A DNA stretch of 64,000 nucleotides from an uncultured Mediterraneibacter sp. (GCA_934309345.1 CAKRDD010000018.1:5832-69831), one strand, 5' to 3'; shown: positions 5,925 to 15,200, numbered from the stretch's first letter. Notes: generated by a model from the sequence alone, not told the origin. Translations and numbers: made by a program.

Positions 5925-8900
5925 TTATTTAAAGTATTTTACACCTGACTCGAAAATCTTAAGATCCTGCTCTCCATAGATGTTGATAGCAACATGATCT
6001 CCACGTCTCTCTGAATGAGCCATCTTACCAAGAACACGTCCATCCGGGCTTGTGATACCTTCGATTGCACGGTAAGATCCATTCACATTCCACTCTTCGT
6101 TCATGCTGATATTTCCTTCCGGATCACAGTACTGTGTTGCCACCTGTCCGTTCGCGAACAGCTTATCAAGCCACTCTTCGCTTGCAACAAATCTTCCTTC
6201 ACCGTGGGATGCCGGGTTTGTGTAAACTCCGCCAAGCTGTGCACCCTGAAGCCATGGGGATTTGTTTGTAACAACCTTTGTATAAACCATCTTGGAGATA
6301 TGGCGTCCGATCGTATTGTATGTCAGTGTCGGAGCATCATCTGTCTGTCCAACGATTTTTCCGTATGGTACAAGTCCGAGCTTGATCAGGGCCTGGAATC
6401 CGTTACAGATACCAAGTGCAAGTCCGTCTCTCTCATTCAGAAGTTTTTCAACAGCTTCTTTGATCTTCGCATTCTGGAATGCAGTTGCAAAGAATTTAGC
6501 TGAACCATCCGGCTCATCACCGGCACTGAATCCACCTGGGAACATGATCATCTGAGCCTGTCCGATTGCCTTCTCAAACTCGTCTACTGATCCACGGATA
6601 TCTTCTGCATCAAGGTTACGGAATACTTTTGTAATAACCTTAGCACCTGCTCTCTCAAATGCACGGGCGCTGTCATACTCACAGTTTGTTCCAGGGAATA
6701 CCGGAATAAATACTGTTGGCTGTCCGATCTTATGGCTGCAAATATGAACATCGGATGTATTGAAGAGTTTCTCTTCAACCTTAGCATCAGAATCTGCCGC
6801 TGATTTTGTAGCAAATACTTTCTCAAGTGTTCCTGTCCATGCATCCTGTGCATCTGCAAGTGCAATCTTCACATCACCGTAAGCAAGTACAGGCTCTTCT
6901 GTTACTTCACCGATCTCTGTATAAGTGATCGCAAGTTCTCCAACCTTTCCGTCTTCAACCTCTGCGATAATATCACCAAATGCAGGAGCAAACAGATCTC
7001 TCTTATCTACATTGTGCTCTATCTTGGCACCCATGCGGTTACCGAATGCCATCTTGCTGACTGCTGCAGCAACTCCATGACGATCCAGTGCATATGCAGA
7101 GACGATTTTTCCGCTCTGTACATCTTCCATGAATTTACCGTACTGATCCATTACTGCATCGTAAACCGGAAGATCATTCTCGTCTCTTTCAATCTTGAGC
7201 CATACAAGTTTATTTCCCGCTTTCTTAAGTTCAGGTGTAATAATATCCTGCTCAAGAGCCATATCAACAGCAAAGGATACAAGTGTCGGAGGTACGTCGA
7301 TATCCTGGAATGTTCCTGACATACTGTCTTTTCCACCGATAGACGGAAGTCCGAAACCGATCTGCGCTGCATAAGCACCAAGAAGTGCTGCAAATGGCTG
7401 GCTCCATCTCTTCGGATCCTCTGTCATTCTGCGGAAATACTCCTGGAATGTGAAACGGATCTTTCTGTAATCTCCACCTGCTGCCACGATCTTGGCAACT
7501 GACTCTGTCACTGCATAAACAGCTCCGTGGTATGGGCTCCAGCTTGACAGATATGGATCAAATCCATAACTCATCATAGAAACACTATCTGTTGTTCCGT
7601 TCAGAACAGGAACTTTCGCTATCATTGCCTGTGTCTCTGTCATCTGGTATTTTCCGCCATGTGGCATGAATACGGAACCTGCTCCGATCGAACCGTCGAA
7701 CATCTCAACAAGTCCTTTCTGAGAGCATACATTGAGATCAGAGAGCATAGAAAGCCATGTTTCTTTTACATCTCCTACTTCTTTCTTTACAAAAAGGCTG
7801 TCCTTCTTAGAAGGAATCTCGACCTCAACATTTGTCTCCTGATGCGCACCGTTTGTATCAAGGAATGCACGAGAAAGATTTACGATCTCTTTTCCTCTCC
7901 ATACAAGTACAAGTCTTGGCTCTTCTGTTACTACTGCTGCAACTGTTGCCTCTAAGTTTTCCTCCTTAGCATATCCCATGAATTCATCTACATCTTTCGG
8001 ATCTACAACAACTGCCATTCTTTCCTGAGACTCAGAGATTGCGATCTCTGTTCCGTCAAGTCCTGCATATTTTTTCGGTACTTTATCAAGTTCAACGCGA
8101 AGTCCGTCTGCAAGTTCTCCGATTGCTACTGAGACACCGCCCGCACCGAAGTCATTACATTTCTTGATCAGATGGCTGACTTCTTCTCTGCGGAATAATC
8201 TCTGGATCTTACGCTCTGTCGGTGCATTTCCTTTCTGAACTTCTGCGCCGCAAGTCTCGATAGACTCTTCTGTATGAACCTTAGAGGAACCTGTTGCTCC
8301 ACCACAGCCGTCACGGCCTGTACGTCCACCAAGAAGGATGATGATATCTCCCGGATCGGAATTTTCACGGATAACAGCACGTCTTGGAGCAGCTCCAAGT
8401 ACAGCTCCGATCTCCATACGTTTTGCTACGTAATCCGGATGATAAATCTCTTTTACAAGTCCTGTAGCCAGACCGATCTGGTTACCATAGGAACTGTATC
8501 CGTGTGCAGCTTCGCGAACAAGTTTCTTCTGAGGAAGTTTTCCTTTCAAAGTCTCATTTGCTGATACAGTCGGATCAGCAGCACCTGTCACACGCATTGC
8601 CTGATATACATAAGTACGTCCTGACAGTGGGTCACGGATAGCTCCTCCAAGACATGTTGCAGCTCCACCGAAAGGTTCGATCTCTGTCGGGTGGTTATGT
8701 GTCTCATTCTTGAAGTTGATCAGCCACTCTTCTTCTACTCCGTCAACCTTGATCGGAACTACAATACTACATGCATTGATCTCATCAGACTCTTCCTGAT
8801 CAGCAAGCTTTCCTTCCTTTTTCAGGCGGCGCATAGCCATCAGTGCAAGATCCATAAGGCAGACAAATTTATCTTCTCTTCCCTTGAAGATCTCGCTGTG

Positions 8901-9680
8901 ATCTTTCAGATACTCTTTGTATGTTGCTTCGATTGTCTCTTTGTAATCACCTTCGTCAAACTTCACGTCCTTTAATTCTGTGGAGAATGTTGTATGACGG
9001 CAGTGATCTGACCAGTATGTATCAAGAACACGGATTTCTGTCATTGTCGGGTCTCTGTGCTCTTCTCCTGCATAATAGTTCTGGATATGCAGGAAATCTT
9101 TAAATGTCATTGCCAGTCCAAGAGAATCATATAACTCTTTTAATTCTGCTTCCGGCATATCTTTAAAACCGTCAAAGATCTTTACATCTGCCGGCTCATC
9201 AAATACTGTCACCAGTGTCTCTGGTTTCTCTGCTGCAGCTTCTCTGGAATCTACCGGGTTGATGCAGTGATTCTTTATTGCCTGCAGTTCTTCATCTGAA
9301 ACTCCGCCTTCAATTACATAGGTAACTGCTGTGCGGATCACAGGAGTTTCATCTTCTTTGATAAAACGGATACACTGCTCTGCGGAATCCGCTCTCTGGT
9401 CAAACTGTCCCGGAAGGAACTCAACAGAAAAACATTTATCTGTTTCATTTTTCGGGAATTCTTCTTTATAAAGGAAATCTACCGGCGGCTCTGCAAACAC
9501 ACCGTTGCATGCCTTTTCAAATGTTTCTTCTGAAATATTCTCTGCGTCGTAACGAATCAGAACTCGTACATTTGTCACATCCTGAAGTCCAAGATAATGA
9601 CGGATCTCATGTCTGAGGCCCTTCGCTGCAACAGCAAACTCCGGTTTCTTTTCTACATATACGCGCTTTACATTACTCAT
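5925..9680 (-). CDS. purL: Phosphoribosylformylglycinamidine (FGAM) synthase, single-chain large form
   Basis: 1251 aa. Contains NFKNETHNHPTEIEPFGGAATCLGGAIRD in the AIR-synthase-like domains and a C-terminal glutamine amidotransferase motif LALGICNGFQAL. Confidence 0.97.
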   Translation of the reverse strand: MSNVKRVYVEKKPEFAVAAKGLRHEIRHYLGLQDVTNVRVLIRYDAENISEETFEKACNGVFAEPPVDFLYKEEFPKNETDKCFSVEFLPGQFDQRADSAEQCIRFIKEDETPVIRTAVTYVIEGGVSDEELQAIKNHCINPVDSREAAAEKPETLVTVFDEPADVKIFDGFKDMPEAELKELYDSLGLAMTFKDFLHIQNYYAGEEHRDPTMTEIRVLDTYWSDHCRHTTFSTELKDVKFDEGDYKETIEATYKEYLKDHSEIFKGREDKFVCLMDLALMAMRRLKKEGKLADQEESDEINACSIVVPIKVDGVEEEWLINFKNETHNHPTEIEPFGGAATCLGGAIRDPLSGRTYVYQAMRVTGAADPTVSANETLKGKLPQKKLVREAAHGYSSYGNQIGLATGLVKEIYHPDYVAKRMEIGAVLGAAPRRAVIRENSDPGDIIILLGGRTGRDGCGGATGSSKVHTEESIETCGAEVQKGNAPTERKIQRLFRREEVSHLIKKCNDFGAGGVSVAIGELADGLRVELDKVPKKYAGLDGTEIAISESQERMAVVVDPKDVDEFMGYAKEENLEATVAAVVTEEPRLVLVWRGKEIVNLSRAFLDTNGAHQETNVEVEIPSKKDSLFVKKEVGDVKETWLSMLSDLNVCSQKGLVEMFDGSIGAGSVFMPHGGKYQMTETQAMIAKVPVLNGTTDSVSMMSYGFDPYLSSWSPYHGAVYAVTESVAKIVAAGGDYRKIRFTFQEYFRRMTEDPKRWSQPFAALLGAYAAQIGFGLPSIGGKDSMSGTFQDIDVPPTLVSFAVDMALEQDIITPELKKAGNKLVWLKIERDENDLPVYDAVMDQYGKFMEDVQSGKIVSAYALDRHGVAAAVSKMAFGNRMGAKIEHNVDKRDLFAPAFGDIIAEVEDGKVGELAITYTEIGEVTEEPVLAYGDVKIALADAQDAWTGTLEKVFATKSAADSDAKVEEKLFNTSDVHICSHKIGQPTVFIPVFPGTNCEYDSARAFERAGAKVITKVFRNLDAEDIRGSVDEFEKAIGQAQMIMFPGGFSAGDEPDGSAKFFATAFQNAKIKEAVEKLLNERDGLALGICNGFQALIKLGLVPYGKIVGQTDDAPTLTYNTIGRHISKMVYTKVVTNKSPWLQGAQLGGVYTNPASHGEGRFVASEEWLDKLFANGQVATQYCDPEGNISMNEEWNVNGSYRAIEGITSPDGRVLGKMAHSERRGDHVAINIYGEQDLKIFESGVKYFK

Positions 9681-9878
9681 ATATAATCTCCTCTTTCTGT
9701 ATTACGTGTTCAAGACACGATACTACCTTCATTACATTATCTGTTTTTATCCTACCATAGTTTTCTTCATTAGTATAATTAATAAAATTAAACAATCTGA
9801 TAAGCAGTACTAATTGATTACTGTTTCTTCTATACTTCCGTATTATTCTCTATATTTTTCCATATTACAAGATTTAAT

Positions 9879-9903
9879 ACAACAGATTTTTTTATTCTGT
9901 TGT
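9879..9903. promoter_or_regulatory. Dyad ACAACAGA-N9-TCTGTTGT, a candidate LysR-type regulator binding site
   Basis: 8-bp perfect inverted repeat with an AT-only spacer, 57-81 nt upstream of the LysR ATG in the divergent purL/lysR intergenic region. No gene ends here, so a terminator role is unlikely. Confidence 0.4.
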
Positions 9904-9959
9904 ATTTTTCCTTTATTTATCTTATAATAAGATGAATATTTATTAGGAGGTCTAATAAA

Positions 9960-10844
9960 ATGATGGATATAAACTACGAATTATACAAAGTGTTTTATCA
10001 CGTTGCCACCACATTGAATTTCTCTGAAGCATCCAAGCAGCTGTTTATCTCACAGTCTGCTGTCAGTCAGTCAATTAAAACACTGGAACGCAAACTGGAT
10101 CAGACACTCTTTATCCGAAGCACAAAGAAAGTCCAGCTTACACCGGAAGGAGAGATTCTTCTGCGCCACATTGAACCGGCCATGAATCTGATCCAGAAAG
10201 GTGAAGCCCAGCTTTTAGACGCTGCTTCTACCGGCGGACAGATCCGTATTGGTGCGAGTGACACGATCTGCAGATATTTTCTCGTTCCGTACCTCGAGAA
10301 ATTCCATAAGACTTTCCCAAATGTACATATTAAAGTCATCAATCAGACTTCTTTAAAATGTACAGAGCTTTTAAAGAATGGATTGGTAGACTTAATTGTT
10401 GTCAATTATCCGAACGCAGCACTCAACAATATTTCCGCCTCCATGAAGATCAAGAATTTCCATGATGTTTTCATTGCCGGAAACAACTATCCTGAATTAA
10501 AGGAAAAGAAGTTGACACTTTCTGATCTGCTTCACTATCCGATCCTGATGCTGGATAAAAACAGTACGACGAATGAATTCCTGCATCGCCTGTTCCAGCA
10601 GCATCAGCTTGATCTCGTTCCTGAGATTGAACTTACAAGCAATGATCTCCTGATCGATCTTGCCAGAATCGGGCTTGGAATCGCATTTATTCCGGATTAT
10701 TGCCTTTCCGAGAATAGTGATGGTATCTTCAAACTGGATATGGAAGAAGAAATGCCAGAGCGTTCTCTTGTGATCGCTTACAACGAGCAGCTTCCTCTGG
10801 CTAAGCCTGCACAGGAATTTCTGAACTATTTTGAAGAACAGTAA
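9960..10844 (+). CDS. LysR-family transcriptional regulator
   Basis: N-terminal wHTH FSEASKQLFISQSAVSQSIKTLE, about 290 aa, with a C-terminal substrate-binding fold. The RBS aggagg lies upstream. Confidence 0.93.
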   Translation: MMDINYELYKVFYHVATTLNFSEASKQLFISQSAVSQSIKTLERKLDQTLFIRSTKKVQLTPEGEILLRHIEPAMNLIQKGEAQLLDAASTGGQIRIGASDTICRYFLVPYLEKFHKTFPNVHIKVINQTSLKCTELLKNGLVDLIVVNYPNAALNNISASMKIKNFHDVFIAGNNYPELKEKKLTLSDLLHYPILMLDKNSTTNEFLHRLFQQHQLDLVPEIELTSNDLLIDLARIGLGIAFIPDYCLSENSDGIFKLDMEEEMPERSLVIAYNEQLPLAKPAQEFLNYFEEQ

Positions 10845-10888
10845 TCAGAATCATTTATTTTACTCCTGACAGTTAAACTTATAAAAAT

Positions 10889-10980
10889 GAGAATCGTTAC
10901 CCAACATGCATCTCACAGTAAGAATGTCAAAGGCATTCTTGACTCACTGCATTTGTTTCCGCTAACGATTCTCGTTTTTA
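10889..10980. terminator. Probable bidirectional terminator between convergent lysR and the helicase gene (nested structure)
   Basis: Outer stem gagaatcgtta (10889-10899) pairs with taacgattctc (10963-10973), flanked by an A-run and a T-run. Inner hairpin aagaatg/cattctt. The loop is long, so this is not a textbook terminator. Confidence 0.4.
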
Positions 10981-11013
10981 TATATCAGGAAAATGTTTTC
11001 CTACCCTTGTTCT

Positions 11014-13371
11014 CTACTGCTTCTCCCAGAATTCTTCAATCTTCTCCTTTATCTCTTTCTGCCCGCACACTTCATACTCCTTCCATTCTCTTGGAAAAAG
11101 CTGCTGATACTGCCGATTCTGAAAACGATCATCAAGCAGAAGGATAATTCCTTTATCGTCTTCAGTGCGGATCACTCTTCCTGCGGACTGAAGTACTTTA
11201 TTCATTCCGGGATAAAGATACGCATAATCAAATCCTCGCATCCCTTTCTGGTCAAAATAATTTTTCACGATCTCTCTGTCATTACACACCTGTGGAATCC
11301 CTGTTCCGACAACGATCACTCCGATCAGTCTGTCATGTGTAAGATCGATCCCTTCTGAAAAAACACCGCCCATCACGCAAAATCCAAGCATCGGATGATC
11401 TCTTTCTTCTTCAAACATTTCCAAGAATTCTTCTCTCTGATTTTCTGACATAAATTGCGATTGAATTACCAGTTCCACTCCGGATGACAGTTTTTCAAAC
11501 TCTTCCAAAACATCTTCCATAAACTGATACGAAGGGAAAAATGCAATGTAGTTTCCATTCTTTCCATCCACTGTGCTTCTCAGATAGTCGGCAATCTTGC
11601 GATACATTTCTGTACCTCTTTGTGTATACTTTGTACTCGCCTCCCTTCCAATCAGAATTTTCCTGTTCTCCTTAGGGAACTTTGATTCAGCATAAACCGC
11701 ATAATCATCCTTCTCAACAGACAATAATTGTTTATAGTAATCGATCGGAAGCAATGTTGCTGAGAAAAAGACCGTAGAATTGCCCTGGCTCAAATAATGA
11801 TTCAGATTTTGTGCCGGATTTACACAGAACAACTTTACTTTAAACCTTCCGTTTCCTTCCAGTTCTGTATACTGTACATAATTTTCATCCAGCAGTTCAT
11901 GAATTTCCAAAAACTGCCTCACCCGAAAAAAGAGTTCCATAAATGCATCCGGCTGCTCTGCATTTCCCGCATTCCGCTCTTCTTCAAGATACCTCTCCAT
12001 CTGTGTCAGAAGATTCATCAATTTTAATGCAAAGGAAGAAACACTTTCCACCAGCCGATAATTCTCACATTCCCGTTTCATTTCAAGCATCAGCTTATTG
12101 ACAGCTTCCAGACTTCTCACCAGCTTTTTATCCCGGTCTTTCACAAGCTTCTTCACTTCAAGAACATCTTCTTTATAGATGGAAGCGCTGTACATCTCCC
12201 GTCCTCGTTCCACAAGATTGTGCGCCTCATCAATCAGAAACAAATACTCTCCGCTGACATTCTCTGCAAAAAACCGCTTCAAATGTGCAGTCGGATCAAA
12301 CACATAATTGTAATCACAGATCACGCCATCTGCCCATTCTGACAGATCCAGAGACAGTTCAAATGGACAGACATGAAACTCTTCTGCCTGTTTTTCAATT
12401 GATTCCCGTGTCAGTTTCTTTCTCTTTTCCAGCATGTCATAAACTGCATCATTCACACGGTCAAAATGCCCTTTCGCATAAGGACAAGCATCCGGATTGC
12501 ATTCCGTTTCCTCACAAAAGCAGATTTTCTCTTTCGCAGTCAATGTAATTGAACGAAAGGCAAGACCCTTTTCTTCAAGAATAGAAAATGCCTGTTCTGC
12601 CACCGTTCTTGTGATCGTCTTTGCAGTCAGATAGAATAATTTATCTCCTAATCCTTCTCCGATTGCTTTCACCGCCGGATACAATACAGCCATTGTCTTT
12701 CCGGTTCCTGTTGAAGCCTGGATAAATAATTTCTTTTTGTGATAAATTGTACGATATACGGAAGCTGCCAGATCAAACTGCCCTTCTCTGTATGCGAAGG
12801 GAAATTTGGTCTGATGAATCGAAGCATCTCTTCTCTTTTCCCACTCAATCTGCAGTTTTGCCCAGCGTTCGTACTGATGAACCAGATCAAGAAACCATTT
12901 TTCTAATTCTTCAAATGTATACTCTTCACGAAATCTTTTCACATCTTCTGTATCCAGATTGCAATAAGTCATCTGAACCCCGATTTTTTCCAGACTTTGT
13001 TGTTTTGCGTAAATATAGGCGTAACATTTTGCCTGGGCAAGATGAACCGGCACCGGATGCTCCACCCGATCAAGAGAACGCACGACGCCTTTGATCTCAT
13101 CCACAACGACTCCTGCACCATCTTTCATAATCCCATCTGCACGCCCTTCCAGATTCAATTGGAATCCATCGCACGGAAGCTGCAGCTTCAGGGAAACTTC
13201 TGCCTGATAGTTTGAGCCCATCATACGCTGGATTTTCCGGTGAAGGCGTCCTCCCATCAACATTGCGTCTTTATCCAGCGTACCTGAAATCCTGTTATCA
13301 ATATCACCTTCTTTTAATATGAATTCAACAAGATTCCGGACGGATAACTTGATGATTTTCTCTGTCCCCAT
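11014..13371 (-). CDS. DinG/XPD-family (Rad3-like) Fe-S DNA helicase with an N-terminal RecB/Cas4-like PD-(D/E)XK nuclease domain
   Basis: Nuclease motifs are EGRADGI, VVDEIKG and QAKCYAY. Helicase motifs are ASTGTGKT (Walker A) and LIDEAHNL (DEAH). The cysteine cluster is CFCEETECNPDACPYAKGH. The start is set at MGTEKII (13371, RBS ggagag), not the longer ORF-track start. Confidence 0.88.
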   Translation of the reverse strand: MGTEKIIKLSVRNLVEFILKEGDIDNRISGTLDKDAMLMGGRLHRKIQRMMGSNYQAEVSLKLQLPCDGFQLNLEGRADGIMKDGAGVVVDEIKGVVRSLDRVEHPVPVHLAQAKCYAYIYAKQQSLEKIGVQMTYCNLDTEDVKRFREEYTFEELEKWFLDLVHQYERWAKLQIEWEKRRDASIHQTKFPFAYREGQFDLAASVYRTIYHKKKLFIQASTGTGKTMAVLYPAVKAIGEGLGDKLFYLTAKTITRTVAEQAFSILEEKGLAFRSITLTAKEKICFCEETECNPDACPYAKGHFDRVNDAVYDMLEKRKKLTRESIEKQAEEFHVCPFELSLDLSEWADGVICDYNYVFDPTAHLKRFFAENVSGEYLFLIDEAHNLVERGREMYSASIYKEDVLEVKKLVKDRDKKLVRSLEAVNKLMLEMKRECENYRLVESVSSFALKLMNLLTQMERYLEEERNAGNAEQPDAFMELFFRVRQFLEIHELLDENYVQYTELEGNGRFKVKLFCVNPAQNLNHYLSQGNSTVFFSATLLPIDYYKQLLSVEKDDYAVYAESKFPKENRKILIGREASTKYTQRGTEMYRKIADYLRSTVDGKNGNYIAFFPSYQFMEDVLEEFEKLSSGVELVIQSQFMSENQREEFLEMFEEERDHPMLGFCVMGGVFSEGIDLTHDRLIGVIVVGTGIPQVCNDREIVKNYFDQKGMRGFDYAYLYPGMNKVLQSAGRVIRTEDDKGIILLLDDRFQNRQYQQLFPREWKEYEVCGQKEIKEKIEEFWEKQ

Positions 13372-13411
13372 TTCATTTGCTCTCCAAAATATTTTTGCTG
13401 TAAAACACATT

Positions 13412-13437
13412 GTGCCAATCTTTTGACGGATTGGCAC
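13412..13437 (-). terminator. Hairpin downstream of the SPFH gene (weak T-run)
   Basis: gtgccaatc pairs with gattggcac (9-bp stem, 8-nt loop). On the minus strand it is followed by aatgtgtttta. Confidence 0.35.
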
Positions 13438-13457
13438 TCTGAAATACATCTTTTATT

Positions 13458-14417
13458 TTACTTTACTTCTTTTTCTTTTGCAACGCCTGTTTCTGTATGG
13501 GCAACCTCAGCGATTGTCTTTGTCAGTCCTGCGATTCCCTGAATCTCTGAAGGAATGATGATCTTCGTTGCTTTTCCATCCGCTGCCTTGGCAAATGCCT
13601 CCAGACTCTTTAATGTAAGAACAACATCATCTGCTCCGGCATTCTTAATATACTCAATACCCTCTGCAGTCGCTTTCTGTACAGAACGGATTGCTTCTGC
13701 CTGTCCTTCTGCTTCTTTGATTCGTTTCTGTTTCTCAGCTTCTGCTTTCAGGATTGCTGCCTGCTTAGATGCCTCTGCCTCCAGGATCACGGATTCTTTC
13801 TCTCCTTCTGCAACAAGAATCGTGGACTTCTTCTCTCCTTCTGCACGCAGGATTGCTTCACGACGTTCACGCTCCGCTTTCATCTGCTTCTCCATTGCAT
13901 CTTGGATTGCCTTCGGCGGCATGATATTCTTCAGTTCAACACGGTTTACCTTGATTCCCCACTCATCTGTTGCAATATCAAGGATCGTACGCATCTTGGA
14001 GTTGATCGTCTCGCGGGAAGTCAGTGTCTCATCCAGTTCCAGATCTCCGATAATATTACGGAGTGTTGTTGCCGTCAGATTCTCGATCGCAGCAATTGGG
14101 CTTTCTACTCCATAAGCATATTTCTTCGGATCAGTGATCTGGTAGAAAACAACCGTATCAATCTGCATGGTAACGTTATCCTTCGTGATCACTGCCTGTG
14201 GTTCAAAATCAACAACCTGTTCCTTCAAAGAAACCTTTTTTGCCACACGGTCAAGGATCGGCACCTTAAAATGCAATCCCACACCCCATGTCTCCTTGTA
14301 TCCGCCAAGTCGCTCTACAACATACGCATGCGCCTGCGGAACAATACGGATATTCGACACAAGAAGCCACACCACAATCATAATAATGATCATCCAAATA
14401 ATAAGTCCAAATATCAT
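13458..14417 (-). CDS. SPFH/band-7 (stomatin/prohibitin-like) membrane protein
   Basis: N-terminal TM helix, then IRIVPQAHAYVVERLGGY and the SPFH core, then an A/E/K-rich coiled-coil tail. Confidence 0.92.
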   Translation of the reverse strand: MIFGLIIWMIIIMIVVWLLVSNIRIVPQAHAYVVERLGGYKETWGVGLHFKVPILDRVAKKVSLKEQVVDFEPQAVITKDNVTMQIDTVVFYQITDPKKYAYGVESPIAAIENLTATTLRNIIGDLELDETLTSRETINSKMRTILDIATDEWGIKVNRVELKNIMPPKAIQDAMEKQMKAERERREAILRAEGEKKSTILVAEGEKESVILEAEASKQAAILKAEAEKQKRIKEAEGQAEAIRSVQKATAEGIEYIKNAGADDVVLTLKSLEAFAKAADGKATKIIIPSEIQGIAGLTKTIAEVAHTETGVAKEKEVK

Positions 14418-14863
14418 AGCTCATCCTCCTCACATTTCTCTAAAATCAGTTTCACTCCGGAAATTGCTGTTACTTTGGCAAGCGAATCTTTCTCAATCCT
14501 GTCCTTATCTGACTTACACCGTGCAGTCCATTCCTTCCCCTGTGCGATTGCAGTACCTGTCTGTGCAAAATTATCAACCGTCTCTGTTACCTTAACAACA
14601 CTTCCGATCAGTTCATCACAATTCGTCTTCACATGATGCACATTAACATACTTCGCTGCAAAAGGCCTGGTAAAGATCACAAGCACTGCCGAAACGACCA
14701 CGAATACAACAATCTGTATCACCGTCCCCGCTCCGGCAAGCGAACACAACAGCGCCGCCAGCGCACCGCCCGAAAACCAGATTGAAGTCAGACCAACCGT
14801 AGCAAGCTCAATAACCAAAAACACCACCATAAGCCCCAGCCACAAAAAAATCTCCCTCTCCAA
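14414..14863 (-). CDS. NfeD-family membrane protein (partner of the SPFH protein)
   Basis: Three N-terminal TM helices plus a C-terminal OB-like domain. It overlaps the SPFH gene by 4 nt (the classic nfeD-SPFH operon). The start codon is TTG with an aaggggg RBS. Confidence 0.85.
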   Translation of the reverse strand: MEREIFLWLGLMVVFLVIELATVGLTSIWFSGGALAALLCSLAGAGTVIQIVVFVVVSAVLVIFTRPFAAKYVNVHHVKTNCDELIGSVVKVTETVDNFAQTGTAIAQGKEWTARCKSDKDRIEKDSLAKVTAISGVKLILEKCEEDEL

Positions 14864-14994
14864 AAAATCCGCCCCCTTTCATTTTTGAACACACTGATTA
14901 TCCTAGTCAATAAGTATCCGTTTTCTTTCCTACTTTCAATTCTGTATTTCTGAGTGGATTCCTTCTCTTGAAATGAGCCCCCCTCTTTGAAAGT

Positions 14995-15200
14995 GTAAGC
15001 GAGAACAGTTCTGCTGTTGCCATGGGCACATGTAAGGCAGGAGCGTTCCGAATACACTTTGTTCAGTATGTTAGTAAGAGCCAGACAGGCACCACACACG
15101 GTAACTGTTCTGGCTCTTACGTTACATACTTTCAAAGGGATGAGGTAGAGCGAGCCGGTGCTCGTGGTAATAGCAGGACTGATCTTGCGACCATTCTGTA
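14995..15200 (+). ncRNA. Copy A of an unclassified structured-RNA-like repeat
   Basis: Nearly identical to 42593-42800. The closing helix 15001-15029 / 15158-15188 contains four G-U pairs that work only for a plus-strand transcript. The extended hairpin is 15056-15136. The invariant unpaired segments are 15028-15055 and 15137-15157. There is no ATG, RBS or conserved frame. Confidence 0.5.

Noticed and set aside
15028-15160. I checked the invariant cores of the repeat for small self-cleaving ribozyme signatures: hammerhead CUGAUGA...GAAA and twister-like conserved loops.
   Set aside because: GGGAUGAGG and GUAAAGCGGGCC only superficially resemble these cores. The required CUGAUGA/GAAA arrangement and helices are not present. 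The RNA remains unclassified rather than being called a ribozyme.
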